Source of the DNA: an uncultured Candidatus Rokubacteria bacterium
Lineage (GTDB): Bacteria > Methylomirabilota > Methylomirabilia > Rokubacteriales > CSP1-6
Length of the DNA stretch: 64,000 nt
Direction: 5' to 3'
Assembly: GCA_963789955.1 (NCBI GenBank)
Contig: CAWBMV010000012.1
Location: 128,001-192,000, forward strand
Made by a program: the position numbers and the translations under genes. How positions within the stretch are numbered: position 1 is the first letter of the stretch; every line of letters starts with the position of its first letter. Under the pieces are notes generated by a model, which worked only from the letters and a program-made list of their open reading frames with translations, ran no database searches and had not been told where the DNA came from. Below, piece by piece: positions 1 through 10,054 of the stretch.

Positions 1-392
1 TTGCGCGGCTCGATCAGCTCGACCCGGACGTCGTCCGGTGCCCACATGAAGGCGATTCGCGGTCCATTGGGAACCTGGATCGGCCCTTCCAGCAGCCGGG
101 CGCCGTGCCCCTCGAGCCGCTTGATGTCGGTTTCGAGGTGCGTCGAATCGAACCCGAAATGCTCGAGCCCGTGGTGCGCGCTCGCATCGCCCGGACCGAG
201 GCGCTCGCCCGTGCGCGCGCCCGAGATGTTGACGCCCATCCCGCCGTCCTCGCTCTGGCAGCGGATGAAGCGGTCACCGAAGACCCTGGTCTCGTCGCTC
301 AGGATCTTGAAGTTGAAGGCTTGCACGTACCATTCCGCCGTCTTCCGCGGGTCGGGCGACTTCAGATGGATGTGGTTGATGCGGAACGCCAT
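1..392 (-). CDS. VOC/glyoxalase family protein (3' end runs off the window)
   Basis: Not in the ORF track. My own translation gives MAFRINHIHLKSPDPRKTAEWY...GLEHFGF...IAFMWAPDDVRVELIEPR, with VOC-type H..H..E metal-ligand motifs and an AGGAGG RBS upstream. Confidence 0.85.
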   Translation of the reverse strand, partial: MAFRINHIHLKSPDPRKTAEWYVQAFNFKILSDETRVFGDRFIRCQSEDGGMGVNISGARTGERLGPGDASAHHGLEHFGFDSTHLETDIKRLEGHGARLLEGPIQVPNGPRIAFMWAPDDVRVELIEPR

Positions 393-461
393 GACGAGCC
401 TCCTCGGTCCTGCTGGAATGTGCTCCAGGAACTCGTATATACACCCATTCGGGAGGTGCAG

Positions 462-1253
462 ATGATGGGGCAGCTCGACGGACGGACGGTCCTCATAACC
501 GGTGCGGCGCGAGGCATCGGCGCGGCGTGCGCGCGTCGGCTTGTGGCCGATGGCGCCCGGCTGGTGCTCGCGGACCTCGATCCCGGCGTGGAGAAGGTGG
601 CGTCCGAGCTCGGTCAGGTTGCGATCCGCGCGGACGTCAGACAACGTGCGGACATCGAGCGCATGGTCGAGGAGCCGTACCGGCGCTGGGGGCGTCTGGA
701 CGTGCTCTTCAACAACGCGGGCGTCATCCGCGTGCAGCCGATGCTCGACGTGACCGAAGACGAGTGGGACCGCGTGATGACGGTGAACCTACGCGCCGTC
801 TTCTTCGTCCTGCAGGCGGTATCGCGGCGGATGCTCAGTCAGGACCTCATCGCCGGCTCCGAGCTTCGCGGCAAGCTCATTCAGACCGCGTCGATCGCGT
901 CGTATCGCGGCGGCAACCACCTGATGACGCCGTACTCGGCCTCGAAGGCCGGCGTGGTGAGCCTGACGCGCTCCGCCGCGCAGGCGCTGGCTCACGAGCG
1001 GATCACATCGAATTGCGTCTGCCCCGGCGCAGTCGAGACCGCGATGTGGGAGCAGATCGACAAGGAATGGGGCGCGCTCGAGGGGCTGGGCCAGGGCGAG
1101 GTGTGGAAGCGCAGGATTCGCAGCATCCCGCTTGGACGTCCAGAGCGGCCCGAGGACGTCGCGAAGGTGGTCGCGTTCCTCGCCGGCCCCGACTCCGACT
1201 ACATGACCGGCCAGGCGATCAACGTGGACGGCGGCATGGTGATGGGGAACTGA
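462..1253 (+). CDS. SDR family NAD(P)-dependent oxidoreductase (sorbitol/butanediol dehydrogenase-like)
   Basis: TGAARGIG, NNAG, YSASK and CPGAVETAMW motifs; GGGAGG RBS. Confidence 0.9.
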   Translation: MMGQLDGRTVLITGAARGIGAACARRLVADGARLVLADLDPGVEKVASELGQVAIRADVRQRADIERMVEEPYRRWGRLDVLFNNAGVIRVQPMLDVTEDEWDRVMTVNLRAVFFVLQAVSRRMLSQDLIAGSELRGKLIQTASIASYRGGNHLMTPYSASKAGVVSLTRSAAQALAHERITSNCVCPGAVETAMWEQIDKEWGALEGLGQGEVWKRRIRSIPLGRPERPEDVAKVVAFLAGPDSDYMTGQAINVDGGMVMGN

Positions 1254-1306
1254 TCGGCAAGCGCGCATTTGGCGCGCATGATGGCCTTCGGCTAGACTCC
1301 GGGAGC

Positions 1307-2290
1307 ATGCGGCTGATCGGGTTCACGGTCATTCTCGTTGTCGGTCTCACTCTTGTCCCATTCGCCGCCCACGCGCAGCGGGCCGGGAACGTCTATCGGG
1401 TCGGGCTTCTCGGTCCCGCTGCTGAACCCGTCTATACGGAGTCGCTCCGAAGCCTCAGAACCGGTCTGCGTGAGCTCGGCTACGTCGAAGGCAAGAACAT
1501 CGTCTTCGAATACAGATTCGCCGAGGACAAGTACGAGCGGCTTCCGGGCCTCGCGGCCGAGCTGGTTCGCGCCAACGTGGACATCATCGTCGTGCACTCG
1601 ACGCCGGGAACGCGCGCCGCCAAGCAGGCGACACCCGCGATTCCGATCGTCATGGTCAACGTCGCGGATCCGGTGGGGGCGGGACTCATCGCCAGCCTCG
1701 CCCGCCCTGGTCGCAACATTACCGGGGTGTCCAACATCGACGTCGGCCTGGCCGCGAAACGCCTGGAGCTCCTCAAGGAGGTCGTGCCGAAGCTTTCCCT
1801 GGTGGGCGTGCTCCGCAATCCGGACAACGCGAGCGGCGAGCTACAGTTCAGAGAGACCCAAGCCGCGGCTCGGTCGCTCGGCATCGAAATTCAGCTCTTC
1901 GACGCTCGAGACCGCAAGGAGCTGGAAAGCGCTTTCTCGGTGATGGCCAAGGCACGCGCCGATGCGTTCACCGTCATGGGGGACCCCCTGTTTCTGAGCC
2001 AACAGAAACAGATCGCGAATCTGGCGACGACGAAACGATTGCCGTCAGTCTTCGCGCGGAATGAAAATGTGGAAGCCGGGGGGCTGATGTCCTATGGCCC
2101 GACCTTCGCCGATCAGTTTCGTCAGGCCGCCACGTTTGTGGACAAAATCCTCAAAGGCGCGAAGCCTGGAGAGCTACCGGTCGAGGAGCCGACGAGGATG
2201 TATCTGGTGATCAATCTCAAGACGGCCAAGACTCTCGGCTTGACCATCCCGCACTCGGTCCTGGGGCGTGCAGATCAGGTGATCGAGTAG
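1307..2290 (+). CDS. ABC transporter substrate-binding protein (ABC_sub_bind type), stand-alone
   Basis: Signal peptide; GLRELGYVEGKNI, SLARPGRNITG, GGLMSYGP and LVINLKTAKTLGLTIP motifs. Confidence 0.9.
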   Translation: MRLIGFTVILVVGLTLVPFAAHAQRAGNVYRVGLLGPAAEPVYTESLRSLRTGLRELGYVEGKNIVFEYRFAEDKYERLPGLAAELVRANVDIIVVHSTPGTRAAKQATPAIPIVMVNVADPVGAGLIASLARPGRNITGVSNIDVGLAAKRLELLKEVVPKLSLVGVLRNPDNASGELQFRETQAAARSLGIEIQLFDARDRKELESAFSVMAKARADAFTVMGDPLFLSQQKQIANLATTKRLPSVFARNENVEAGGLMSYGPTFADQFRQAATFVDKILKGAKPGELPVEEPTRMYLVINLKTAKTLGLTIPHSVLGRADQVIE

Positions 2291-2340
2291 CGGGTGCCGG
2301 GCCGCGCCACTGATCGAGCCTCGACGAGCTCCGATGAGAC

Positions 2341-3117
2341 TCAGTGCATGACGAGGCCGCCGTCGACGCTCAAGGCCTGTCCCGTCATGTAGCCCGATTT
2401 GCTCGAGACGAGAAAGCCGATGACGTTCGCGACGTCCTCCGCGCGCTCCATGCGGCCGAGCGGCACCGTGCCGGCGCGCTGGCGCGTGAACTCTTCGGCG
2501 CTGAGGCCCATCAGCTTGCTTTGCTCGCGCGCCACCGCGGTCCACATGTCGGTCTCGACGAATCCCGGGCAGACGCAGTTGACCCGGATTCCGTCGGCGG
2601 CGTGGGCGAGGGCGAGGCTCTTCGTCATGCTGACGACGGCGGCCTTGCTCGCGTTGTAGGGCAGGTTGTTGCGACTGCCGATCTTGCCGGCCATCGACGC
2701 GAGGCTGACGATCGCGCCGCGCTTCTGCGCGATCATCGTCGGCAGCACCGCCTGGGTGGCGAAGAAGACCGCCTTCGCGTTGACGTTCATGATCGCGTCC
2801 CAGTGCTCCTCGGTCACGTCCAGCGGCAGCGCCGCGCGGTAGATGCCGGCGTTGTTCACGAGAATGTCGATGCGCCCGAACTCGGCGATCGCGCGATTGA
2901 CCATCGCCGTGAGATCGGCGCGCGACGTGACGTCGGTCTTCACGGCGCTGACGCGGCGCCCGAGGCCCTTGACCTCGGCGGCGGTGCGCTCGGCGCCCGC
3001 CAGATCCATCTCGGCGACGACGATGTCGGCGCCCATCCCCGCCAGCTCGAGCGCGGTCGCGCGCCCGATACCGCGGCCCGCACCGGTGACGATCGCGACC
3101 TGTCCTGAAAGCTCCAT
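2341..3117 (-). CDS. SDR family oxidoreductase
   Basis: MELSGQVAIVTGAGRGIG, NNAG and YNASK motifs. Confidence 0.9.
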   Translation of the reverse strand: MELSGQVAIVTGAGRGIGRATALELAGMGADIVVAEMDLAGAERTAAEVKGLGRRVSAVKTDVTSRADLTAMVNRAIAEFGRIDILVNNAGIYRAALPLDVTEEHWDAIMNVNAKAVFFATQAVLPTMIAQKRGAIVSLASMAGKIGSRNNLPYNASKAAVVSMTKSLALAHAADGIRVNCVCPGFVETDMWTAVAREQSKLMGLSAEEFTRQRAGTVPLGRMERAEDVANVIGFLVSSKSGYMTGQALSVDGGLVMH

Positions 3118-3161
3118 GAGCGATCTCCCTATATATGTGGCGGTCGTGAGGCGCGCTGGCC

Positions 3162-4377
3162 TCAGGTCTTGACGGGCTCGATCACGCCGGCGGCGTGCAG
3201 CGCCGCCAGATCGTCCTTCCCGAGCCCCAGGATGTCCGCGAGCACACGATCGGTGTCCTGACCCAGAAGTGGCGCCGGGCGAGCGACCGCCGGATCGGCG
3301 CCGTGCAGACGGATCGGCGAGATCGGGACTTTCGTCTTCCCGCGCCGCGGGTGGTCGATCTCCTTCCAGACGCCTCGGGCGTTCAGGTGGGGATCGGCGA
3401 CGACCTCGGCGGCCGTGCGCACCGGCGCGCAGGGCACGTGAGCCTCGGTGAGGATCGCCATCACCTCGTTCTTCGAGCGGTCGCGCGTCCACGCCGTCAC
3501 CATCGCGTCGATCTCCTCGACCTTGGCGGCCCGCCCGGGTGTGGTGGCGTAGTCCGGGTGCATGAGCAGATCCTCCCGCCCGAGCACCTTGGTGATGCTC
3601 TCCCAGTGGCGATCGGACGCGGTGAAGATCGCGATGTGGCCGTCACGCGTCTCGTAGACGTTGTAGGGCGCCATCGCGAGCGCGGGATGGCGATTGCCGG
3701 TACGCGCCGGCACCGACGTGTCGCCGTCCATGAAGACGCCGAGCGCGCTGGCGAGCGCGATGATCGCGGCGTCGAGCATCGCGACCTCGACGAACTGGCC
3801 CTGGCCCGTGCGCTCGCGCTGCACGAGCGCGCCGAGGATACCGGCGAAGAGGTGAACGCCGCCGAGGAAGTCGCAGACCGCGGGGCCGGCCTTCACCGGC
3901 GGCCGATCGGGAAATCCGGTCGCGTTCATGATGCCGCTCATCGCCTGGATGGTCAGGTCCATCGCGGGCAGATCGCGGTACGGCCCGGACAGTCCGAAGC
4001 CGGTGCCGCTGCCGTACACGAGCCGCGGGTTCGTCCTTGCGCAGCACCTCCCAGCCGAGACCGAGACGGTTCATCACGCCGGCGGCGAAGTTCTCGACGA
4101 TGACGTCGGCCTTCTTGGCCAGGCTGAGGAAGATCGCCTTGCCGTCGGCGTGCTTCAGGTCGAGCACCACCGATTCCTTGTTGGTGTTGAGCATCACGAG
4201 CGGGTAGGGCTCGACCTGTCGCTTGCGGCGGCGGACGATGTCGCCCTCGGGGCTTTCGATCTTGAGCACGCGGGCCCCCATGAAGCCGAGCAGCAGGCCG
4301 CAGTAGGGCCCGTTGTAGATCTGGCCGAGGTCGAGCACGAGCATGCCCTCGAGCGGGCGGCGGATCGCGGTCGTCAT
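3162..4377 (-). CDS. CaiB/BaiF family (class III) CoA-transferase, frameshifted near 4035
   Basis: PLEGMLVLDL..GP..GARVLKIESPEGD..NTNKESVVLDLK..ENF in one frame; continues as YGSGTGFG..DLTIQAMSG..APLLGQDT in another. Confidence 0.88.
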
Positions 4378-5393
4378 GACTTCGGGGCTCCTTGGGCACT
4401 GGCCGGCATGATCATGGTCTTCACGCCATGGCCGGCGGCGGCGTGCGCGAACGCGTCGCCGATCCGCTCGAGCGGGAATCGCGCGGTGACCAGTCGCTTC
4501 AAGCCGAGCTTCGGCATCATGGCGAGCGCGCGCTTGTAGGCGGTGCCTCGCCCGAACGCGCCGCCGAACCTGATCTCACGGAAGTGCACGTCCCAGAGAT
4601 CGAGCGGCAGGACGCTGCCCTTGGGATTGACGCCGACGAGCTGGAAGAAGCCGTTGGGCCGCGTCAGGGTGATCGCTTCTCTGACCAGCTCGGGCTTGCC
4701 GACCGCCTCGCACACGACGTCGGCGCCACGCCCGCCGGTGAGCTCCATCACGCGCTCGCGCAGGTTTTCCCGAGTCGGATCGATGACGACGGCGGCGCCG
4801 AGGCTCTTCGCCATCTTGCGCCGCTCCTCGATCGGATCCGACATGATCAGGCGCTTCGCGCCGAGGCGGCCCGCCAGCACCATGGTCACGAGCCCCATGA
4901 TGCCGCCGCCGATGACGAGCACGGTCGCGCCGCGGGGCATCCGGAACCCCTCGAGACCCGCCAGGCAGCACGCGGTCGGCTCGGTCATCGCGGCGGTCAC
5001 GGCATCGAGCCCGCGCGGCAGCGCATGGACGTTGCGCGCGGGCAGCGCGACGCGCTCGGCGAAGCCGCCGACGCGCACGCACTGCGCGCACTGGCTCACG
5101 CGTCCGGCGGCGCACTCCGCGCACTTTCCACAGCCGTAGGAGGGTTCGCAGCCCACCGTGCGCCCGACGAGGCTCTTGCTGACGCCACGGCCGACCTCGC
5201 GCACGACGCCGGTGTACTCGTGGCCGAGCACCAGCGGCGGCTTCCACGGAAAGAGTCCCTGCGTCGCGTGGACGTCGGTGCCGCAGATACCCGCGGCGTG
5301 GACGTCGACGACGACCTGGCCGGGCCCGGCGGCGGGTTCCGGTGCCGTGTCGATGGTGAAGCGCCCCTCGCCCTGCCAGGTCGCGACCTTCAT
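4374..5393 (-). CDS. Zinc-dependent alcohol dehydrogenase (MDR family)
   Basis: GICGTD, GHE, a four-Cys structural zinc site (CGKCAEC..C) and a GGGIMG Rossmann motif. Confidence 0.9.
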   Translation of the reverse strand: MKVATWQGEGRFTIDTAPEPAAGPGQVVVDVHAAGICGTDVHATQGLFPWKPPLVLGHEYTGVVREVGRGVSKSLVGRTVGCEPSYGCGKCAECAAGRVSQCAQCVRVGGFAERVALPARNVHALPRGLDAVTAAMTEPTACCLAGLEGFRMPRGATVLVIGGGIMGLVTMVLAGRLGAKRLIMSDPIEERRKMAKSLGAAVVIDPTRENLRERVMELTGGRGADVVCEAVGKPELVREAITLTRPNGFFQLVGVNPKGSVLPLDLWDVHFREIRFGGAFGRGTAYKRALAMMPKLGLKRLVTARFPLERIGDAFAHAAAGHGVKTMIMPASAQGAPKS

Positions 5394-5402
5394 ATCAGCA
5401 CC

Positions 5403-6515
5403 TCACCTCGCGGGTGTCGCGTCGGCGTGCCGGGAGAATCGCGGCATCACCTCGGTCGCCAGCAGCTCCATCGAGCGCCGCCAGAGCTTGGGCTGGTCCC
5501 AGTCCTGGCCCGACATCAGGAGCGTTCCGAAGTGGCCGACCTCGTCGCGTAGCGCGACGAGCTGATCGAGCACGCGTCGCGGGCTGCCGGCGATGACCAG
5601 CGCGCGCTTGACCGCGTCGAGCGTCACGGCCTCGTCGGGCACGTCGAGGTCGGGCTTCAACATGAAGAGCGCCTTGCGGCCTCGCGAGAAGCTGTGGATG
5701 AAGAAGTGGTAGTAGAACGAGAGGCCGTTCTCCGGATCGGCCAGATAGTCCTCGGCCTCGGCGTCGGTCTCGGTGACGAGCACGCTGCGCGACACGCGCC
5801 AGACGTCGGGATCGGGGCGCCGGCCGACCTTTTCGCAGCCTTCCACGTAGCGCTCCCAGTGACCGCGGAGGTATCGCCGGTGAAAGAACTGGCCGGAGAT
5901 GGGAATCCAGCCACGCTCGCCGGCGGTGCGGGCGCTCACCGAGTTCGGCGTCAGGATCGAGAGGGCGATCGGCGGATGCGGCTGCTGGAACGGCCGGGGA
6001 ATGTAGCCGACCTTGAACTCGGGCCAGATGGCCTGCTCGAGCGAGATCTTCCAGAAGCGGCCGTCGATCCGGTACGGCGGATCCTGCGACCAGAGCTTCA
6101 GCACCGTGTCGATGGACTCGAGCACCATCTGCGGGCGCAGCTCGGCCTGGCCCGAGTCGAAGAGCTCGAGGTCGCTCACGAGACCGCCCGGGCCGATGCC
6201 CATGATGAACCGTCCGCGCGCGAGCTGATCGAACATGGCCGCCTGCGCCGCCACCGTGGCCGGATGCACGTGGGGCATGTTGATCACGCCCGTGCCCAGC
6301 CGGATGTCGCGCGTGCGGCTGATCACGGTCGCCAGGAAGATCAGCGGCGAGGTGATGCGCTCGCTCCACGAGCTGAAGTGCTCGCCGACGAAGGCCTCGG
6401 AAAAGCCGAGCCGATCCGCGAGGATGATCGCTTCCTGGTCCTCTTCGAGCAGGTCGGCGTAGTCGCGCGCGGGGTGGTGGAAGGGCATCGTGAACATGCC
6501 GAGCCTGACGGTCAC
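5403..6515 (-). CDS. LLM class flavin-dependent oxidoreductase
   Basis: LGMFTMPFH, GFSEAFVGEHF, IRLGTGV and PFQQPHPPI motifs. Confidence 0.9.
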   Translation of the reverse strand: MTVRLGMFTMPFHHPARDYADLLEEDQEAIILADRLGFSEAFVGEHFSSWSERITSPLIFLATVISRTRDIRLGTGVINMPHVHPATVAAQAAMFDQLARGRFIMGIGPGGLVSDLELFDSGQAELRPQMVLESIDTVLKLWSQDPPYRIDGRFWKISLEQAIWPEFKVGYIPRPFQQPHPPIALSILTPNSVSARTAGERGWIPISGQFFHRRYLRGHWERYVEGCEKVGRRPDPDVWRVSRSVLVTETDAEAEDYLADPENGLSFYYHFFIHSFSRGRKALFMLKPDLDVPDEAVTLDAVKRALVIAGSPRRVLDQLVALRDEVGHFGTLLMSGQDWDQPKLWRRSMELLATEVMPRFSRHADATPAR

Positions 6516-6622
6516 GGGAAGCTCCTTTCGATCTCCGTGAGGCTATCACATCTACCGGCGCGCCTCGGCGCGGCGGCGGAATGACATACAATCCGGCCCA
6601 TCTCTCGAAAAGGAGCCCGACC

Positions 6623-7015
6623 ATGGCCGTGAGCGAAACCTACGAGAAGGGACGCGAGGTGCGCCGTCAGCTGCTGGGCGACGCGTACGTCGAGCGCGTC
6701 AACCAGACCGCGTACAACGATCCGATCATGAAGAAGTTCATCGACGTCGCGACCGAGACCGTCTTCGGCGCCTTGTGGACGCGCCCGGGATTGGATCTGA
6801 AGACCCGCACCTTGATTTGTGTCGTCTCCGACGCCGCGACCGCGCGGACGCCCGAGCTCGCCATCCACCTGCGGATGGCGCGCCGACAGGGCTGGAGCGA
6901 GGACGAGCTGATCGAGGTGCTGCTACACCTTTCCGGTTACGTCGGCGTGCCGCTGATCCGCGAGGCGATGCTGACGGCGAAGGACGTCTTCACCGAGATG
7001 AAGAAGGAGCGCTGA
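6623..7015 (+). CDS. Carboxymuconolactone decarboxylase family protein
   Basis: YEKGREVRRQLLG, FGALWTRPGLDLKTRTLI and LHLSGYVGVP motifs; AAGGAG RBS. Confidence 0.88.
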   Translation: MAVSETYEKGREVRRQLLGDAYVERVNQTAYNDPIMKKFIDVATETVFGALWTRPGLDLKTRTLICVVSDAATARTPELAIHLRMARRQGWSEDELIEVLLHLSGYVGVPLIREAMLTAKDVFTEMKKER

Positions 7016-7027
7016 TCGCGCGGGCGA

Positions 7028-7114
7028 TCAGGTGAGGAAGCGCCGATAGGCGAGCGCGACGATCAAGGCGAGGGCGAGCTGGAACAGGTCCAGGGGAGAG
7101 ATCAGCGGCATCAT
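7028..7114 (-). CDS. Putative 28-aa single-TM small protein (MMPLISPLDLFQLALALIVALAYRRFLT)
   Basis: GGGAGG RBS upstream, a hydrophobic helix followed by RR, and a sigma-54-like promoter upstream. Confidence 0.5.
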   Translation of the reverse strand: MMPLISPLDLFQLALALIVALAYRRFLT

Positions 7115-7187
7115 GGTTCGCCACCCTCCCACAGGGTGTCTGGATCGTTGTCGGTTTAGCCCAGTACTCAGGCGCGCGCGATGAGGC

Positions 7188-7203
7188 TGCAAGCGATGTA
7201 CCC
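7188..7203 (-). promoter_or_regulatory. Sigma-54 (-24/-12)-like promoter
   Basis: Minus strand GGGTAC-ATCGC-TTGCA, with exact GG-N10-GC spacing. Confidence 0.45.
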
Positions 7204-7397
7204 GCCGTACGCTCGACGGCCAGCGCAGCGACCAACCGCGCGAAAGTCCACAGCGATCGAGCCGCGACCGCGCGCGCTCCCGGAGCGCGCCGGCGCGTCG
7301 CGACGCTGAGATCGTAAAGTTTCCCGACGACGAGGCGGTTCGGGTTCCAGAATTTGGTACGTGCCGGGGCGTGCTATCGTCGCCCCGGGAGGTCCCC

Positions 7398-8262
7398 ATG
7401 TCCGTCGTCCTCGTTACGGGTAGCAGCACCGGCATCGGCCTCGCCACGGCGCTCCACTTCGGGCGCCTTGGCGACGGAGTGTACGCCGGAGTCCGCAACA
7501 TCGCCACCGCGACCGAGCTCACGAAGGCGATCGAGGCCGAGAAGCTTCCGATCCACCCGATCACGCTCGACGTGGACGACGCAGGGCTCGGTGACCCGCG
7601 CGGTCGGCGAGGTGATTGCCAAGGCCGGCCGCATCGACGTCCTCGTCAACAACGCGGGGATCGGCGGAGGCGGCCCGGTCGAGGACGTGCCGGTCGACTG
7701 GGTGAAGAGCCTCTTCGAGACGAACTACCTCGGCGCCATCCGGATGATCCAGGCCGTCCTGCCCGGGATGCGCGAGCGCCGGAGCGGAGCGATCGTCAAC
7801 GTCAGCTCGATCGCCGGGAGGCTCGCGATCGCCGGGCACGGCCACTATTCGGCCGTGAAGCACGCGCTCGAAGCCATCAGCGAGGCGCTCGCTCAGGAGG
7901 TGCAGGCGTTCGGGATCCGCGTGGCCATCGTCGAGCCCGGCGTGGTCGTGACGCCGATCTTCACGAAGGCCAAGCGTTTCGCCGATCCCGCTTCGCCGTA
8001 CGCGGTTCATGTCCACCGGCTCTTGCTCTTCTATCAGATGCAGATGAAGACGCCGAGCCAGCCGGCCGACGTCGCCCGCGTCATCCACGAGGCGGTGACG
8101 ACGAAAGAGCCCAAGCTCCGCTATCTCGTCGGTGACGACGCGGAGCGACTGGTCGCGGGCCGACGCAAGCTGACCGACGAGGAATACGTGGCGACCGGGC
8201 GCCTGATGCCCGACGCCGAGTATCTCGACCTGATGCGTCGACGCTACGGGTTTGACTGGTAG
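7398..8262 (+). CDS. SDR family oxidoreductase (17beta-HSD-like), frameshifted near 7590
   Basis: MSVVLVTGSSTGIG in one frame; DVLVNNAG, YSAVK and IVEPG in the next. Confidence 0.88.
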
Positions 8263-8296
8263 TGCGAGCCGCAGGTCGGCGCGGCGACCGAGAGCC
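8259..8296 (+). repeat. Dispersed GTAG-led structured repeat, copy 1
   Basis: GTAGTGCGAGCCGCA-GGTCG-gcgcgg-CGACC-GAG. The first 20 nt match the minus-strand copy at 34159-34178 at 17 positions. Confidence 0.55.
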
Positions 8297-8334
8297 TTAG
8301 GAAAGAGCAGTAAGAGAGCAGTAAGGAGGACGCG

Positions 8335-9976
8335 ATGAACAAAGTCACGGTCCTGAACCCGGTCGGTTTCCCGCCCAAAGTGGTCAAGAAGCCGCTGGCG
8401 CCGCGCCTCGCGACGCTCGAGGGCAAGACGGTCTACCTGGTCGATTGCCGCTTCGACGATTCCGACGTCTTCCTCAAGCAGATGCAGGCGTGGTTCGGCG
8501 AGCACATGCCGGGCGTGCGCACGGTGTTCAAGCCGATCTCGAGCGTCTATCTCAAGGACGACCCCACGACCTGGGAGGAGATCAAGGCGAGGGGGCACGC
8601 CGCGATCGTCGGCGTCGGCCACTGAAGCACCTGCGCGCCGGCGGTCGCCGCGCACGCGATGACGATCGAAGCGCAGTACGGAGTGCCCACCGTCGCCATG
8701 CACACCGACAAGTTCGACCGCGTGGCCCGCAACGTGGCCGCGGTCAACGGCATGTCGGAGCTCCGGCAGGTGTTCGTCCCTCAACCGGTCATGGGCAAGT
8801 CCCCGCGTGAGCTCCGCGCCTACGTCGACGGCAAAGATCCGCTGACCGGGCGCCCCGTGATGCAGGAAGTCATCGAAGGCCTGACCACGCCGTTCGATGG
8901 TCAGGGGGTCGGGACGATCGAGTACGACCGGTCCACGCCGCGGCTGGTCGACGCGGATACCGAGGAGAACCTGCAGCGCCTCTTCATGGAGAGCCGCTGG
9001 ACGGACTACCTGCCGATCGTGCTCCCGACGGAGGAGCGAGTCGCGGCCATGCTGGCGGCGACCCGCCGCAAGCCGGACGAGATCGTCGGGCGCATGCGTC
9101 CGACGCACTTCCGCGAAGCGTGGGAATACACGGTCGAGAAAGTCGCGGTGAACGCGGTGATGTCCGGCGCCCGTCCGGAATATTTCCCGGTGATCCTGGC
9201 GCTGGCGGCGACCGGCGTGAGCGCGCGCGGCAGCACGACCAGCTCGATGGCCGCGATGGCCGTCGTCAACGGCCCGATCCGCAACGAGATCAAGATGAAC
9301 GCGGGGACCGGCGCCCTCGCGCCCTACAACCACGCGAACGCGACGATCGGCCGCGCCTACGGCTTGCTCTCGCAGAATCTGCAGGGCAGCTCGGTGCCCG
9401 GGATCACCTACATGGGCTCCCAGGGCAACAACTACGCGTACAACAGCATCACGTTCCCGGAGAACGAGGAGCGGAGCCCGTGGGAGCCCTTCCACGTCCA
9501 GCACGGCTTCCGCGCGACCGACAGCACCGTGAGCGTGTTCAGCGGCTGTCGCGCGACCGCCTACACGCTCGGTGTTCGCGAGAAGCATTGGCAGGAGCAC
9601 GTCCGCAACATGCTGCGCGGCATGGATCCGCACATTCCCGCCGGTGTTCGTGCTCGATCCGATCACGGCACGCCAGTTCATCGACCGGGGCGGGTTCACC
9701 AAGAAGGACGCGCTGATCGACTGGGTGTACGAGAACGCGCGGATGCCGGCCGGCGAGTTCTGGGACTACCAGCTCGTGCAGAACTACCTCTACCCGCGCG
9801 CGACGTTCGGGGAGGAGCCGTGGGCCTCGAAGCTCAAGGCCGCGCCCGACGAGATGATCCAGATGTTCAAGCGTGAGGACATCCACGTCGTGGTGGTCGG
9901 CGGCGAGACGAATCCCTACTGGCGCATCATGGGCGCGACGTACGCGAAGACCGTCTCGATCGACGACTGGCGGTAG
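8335..9976 (+). CDS. UGSC-family-like selenoprotein (UxxC = U-S-T-C) fused to a C-terminal domain; Sec at 8623-8625; frameshift near 9640
   Basis: ORFs 8335-8625 and 8659-9876 are in the same frame, separated by a single stop (TGA) in GVGH-TGA-STC. A SECIS-like hairpin follows. The TDYLPIVLPTEERV motif resembles the domain that accompanies UGSC proteins. Confidence 0.8.
8632..8654 (+). promoter_or_regulatory. Bacterial SECIS-like element
   Basis: TGCG-(CGC bulge)-CGGC-[GGTC loop]-GCCG-CGCA. The loop lies at +18 to +21 after the UGA. Confidence 0.7.
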
Positions 9977-10054
9977 GAACCGACCGGGCTGACGCTATCT
10001 ATCGCGTCGCGGCTGGTTCTTGATAGCGGCTCCACGACCATCTACGGTGGTGGT

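Noticed and set aside
4030..4045. Programmed ribosomal frameshifts in split genes
   Set aside because: No consistent slippery heptamers at the frame switches I examined. The frequency of switches fits sequencing error.
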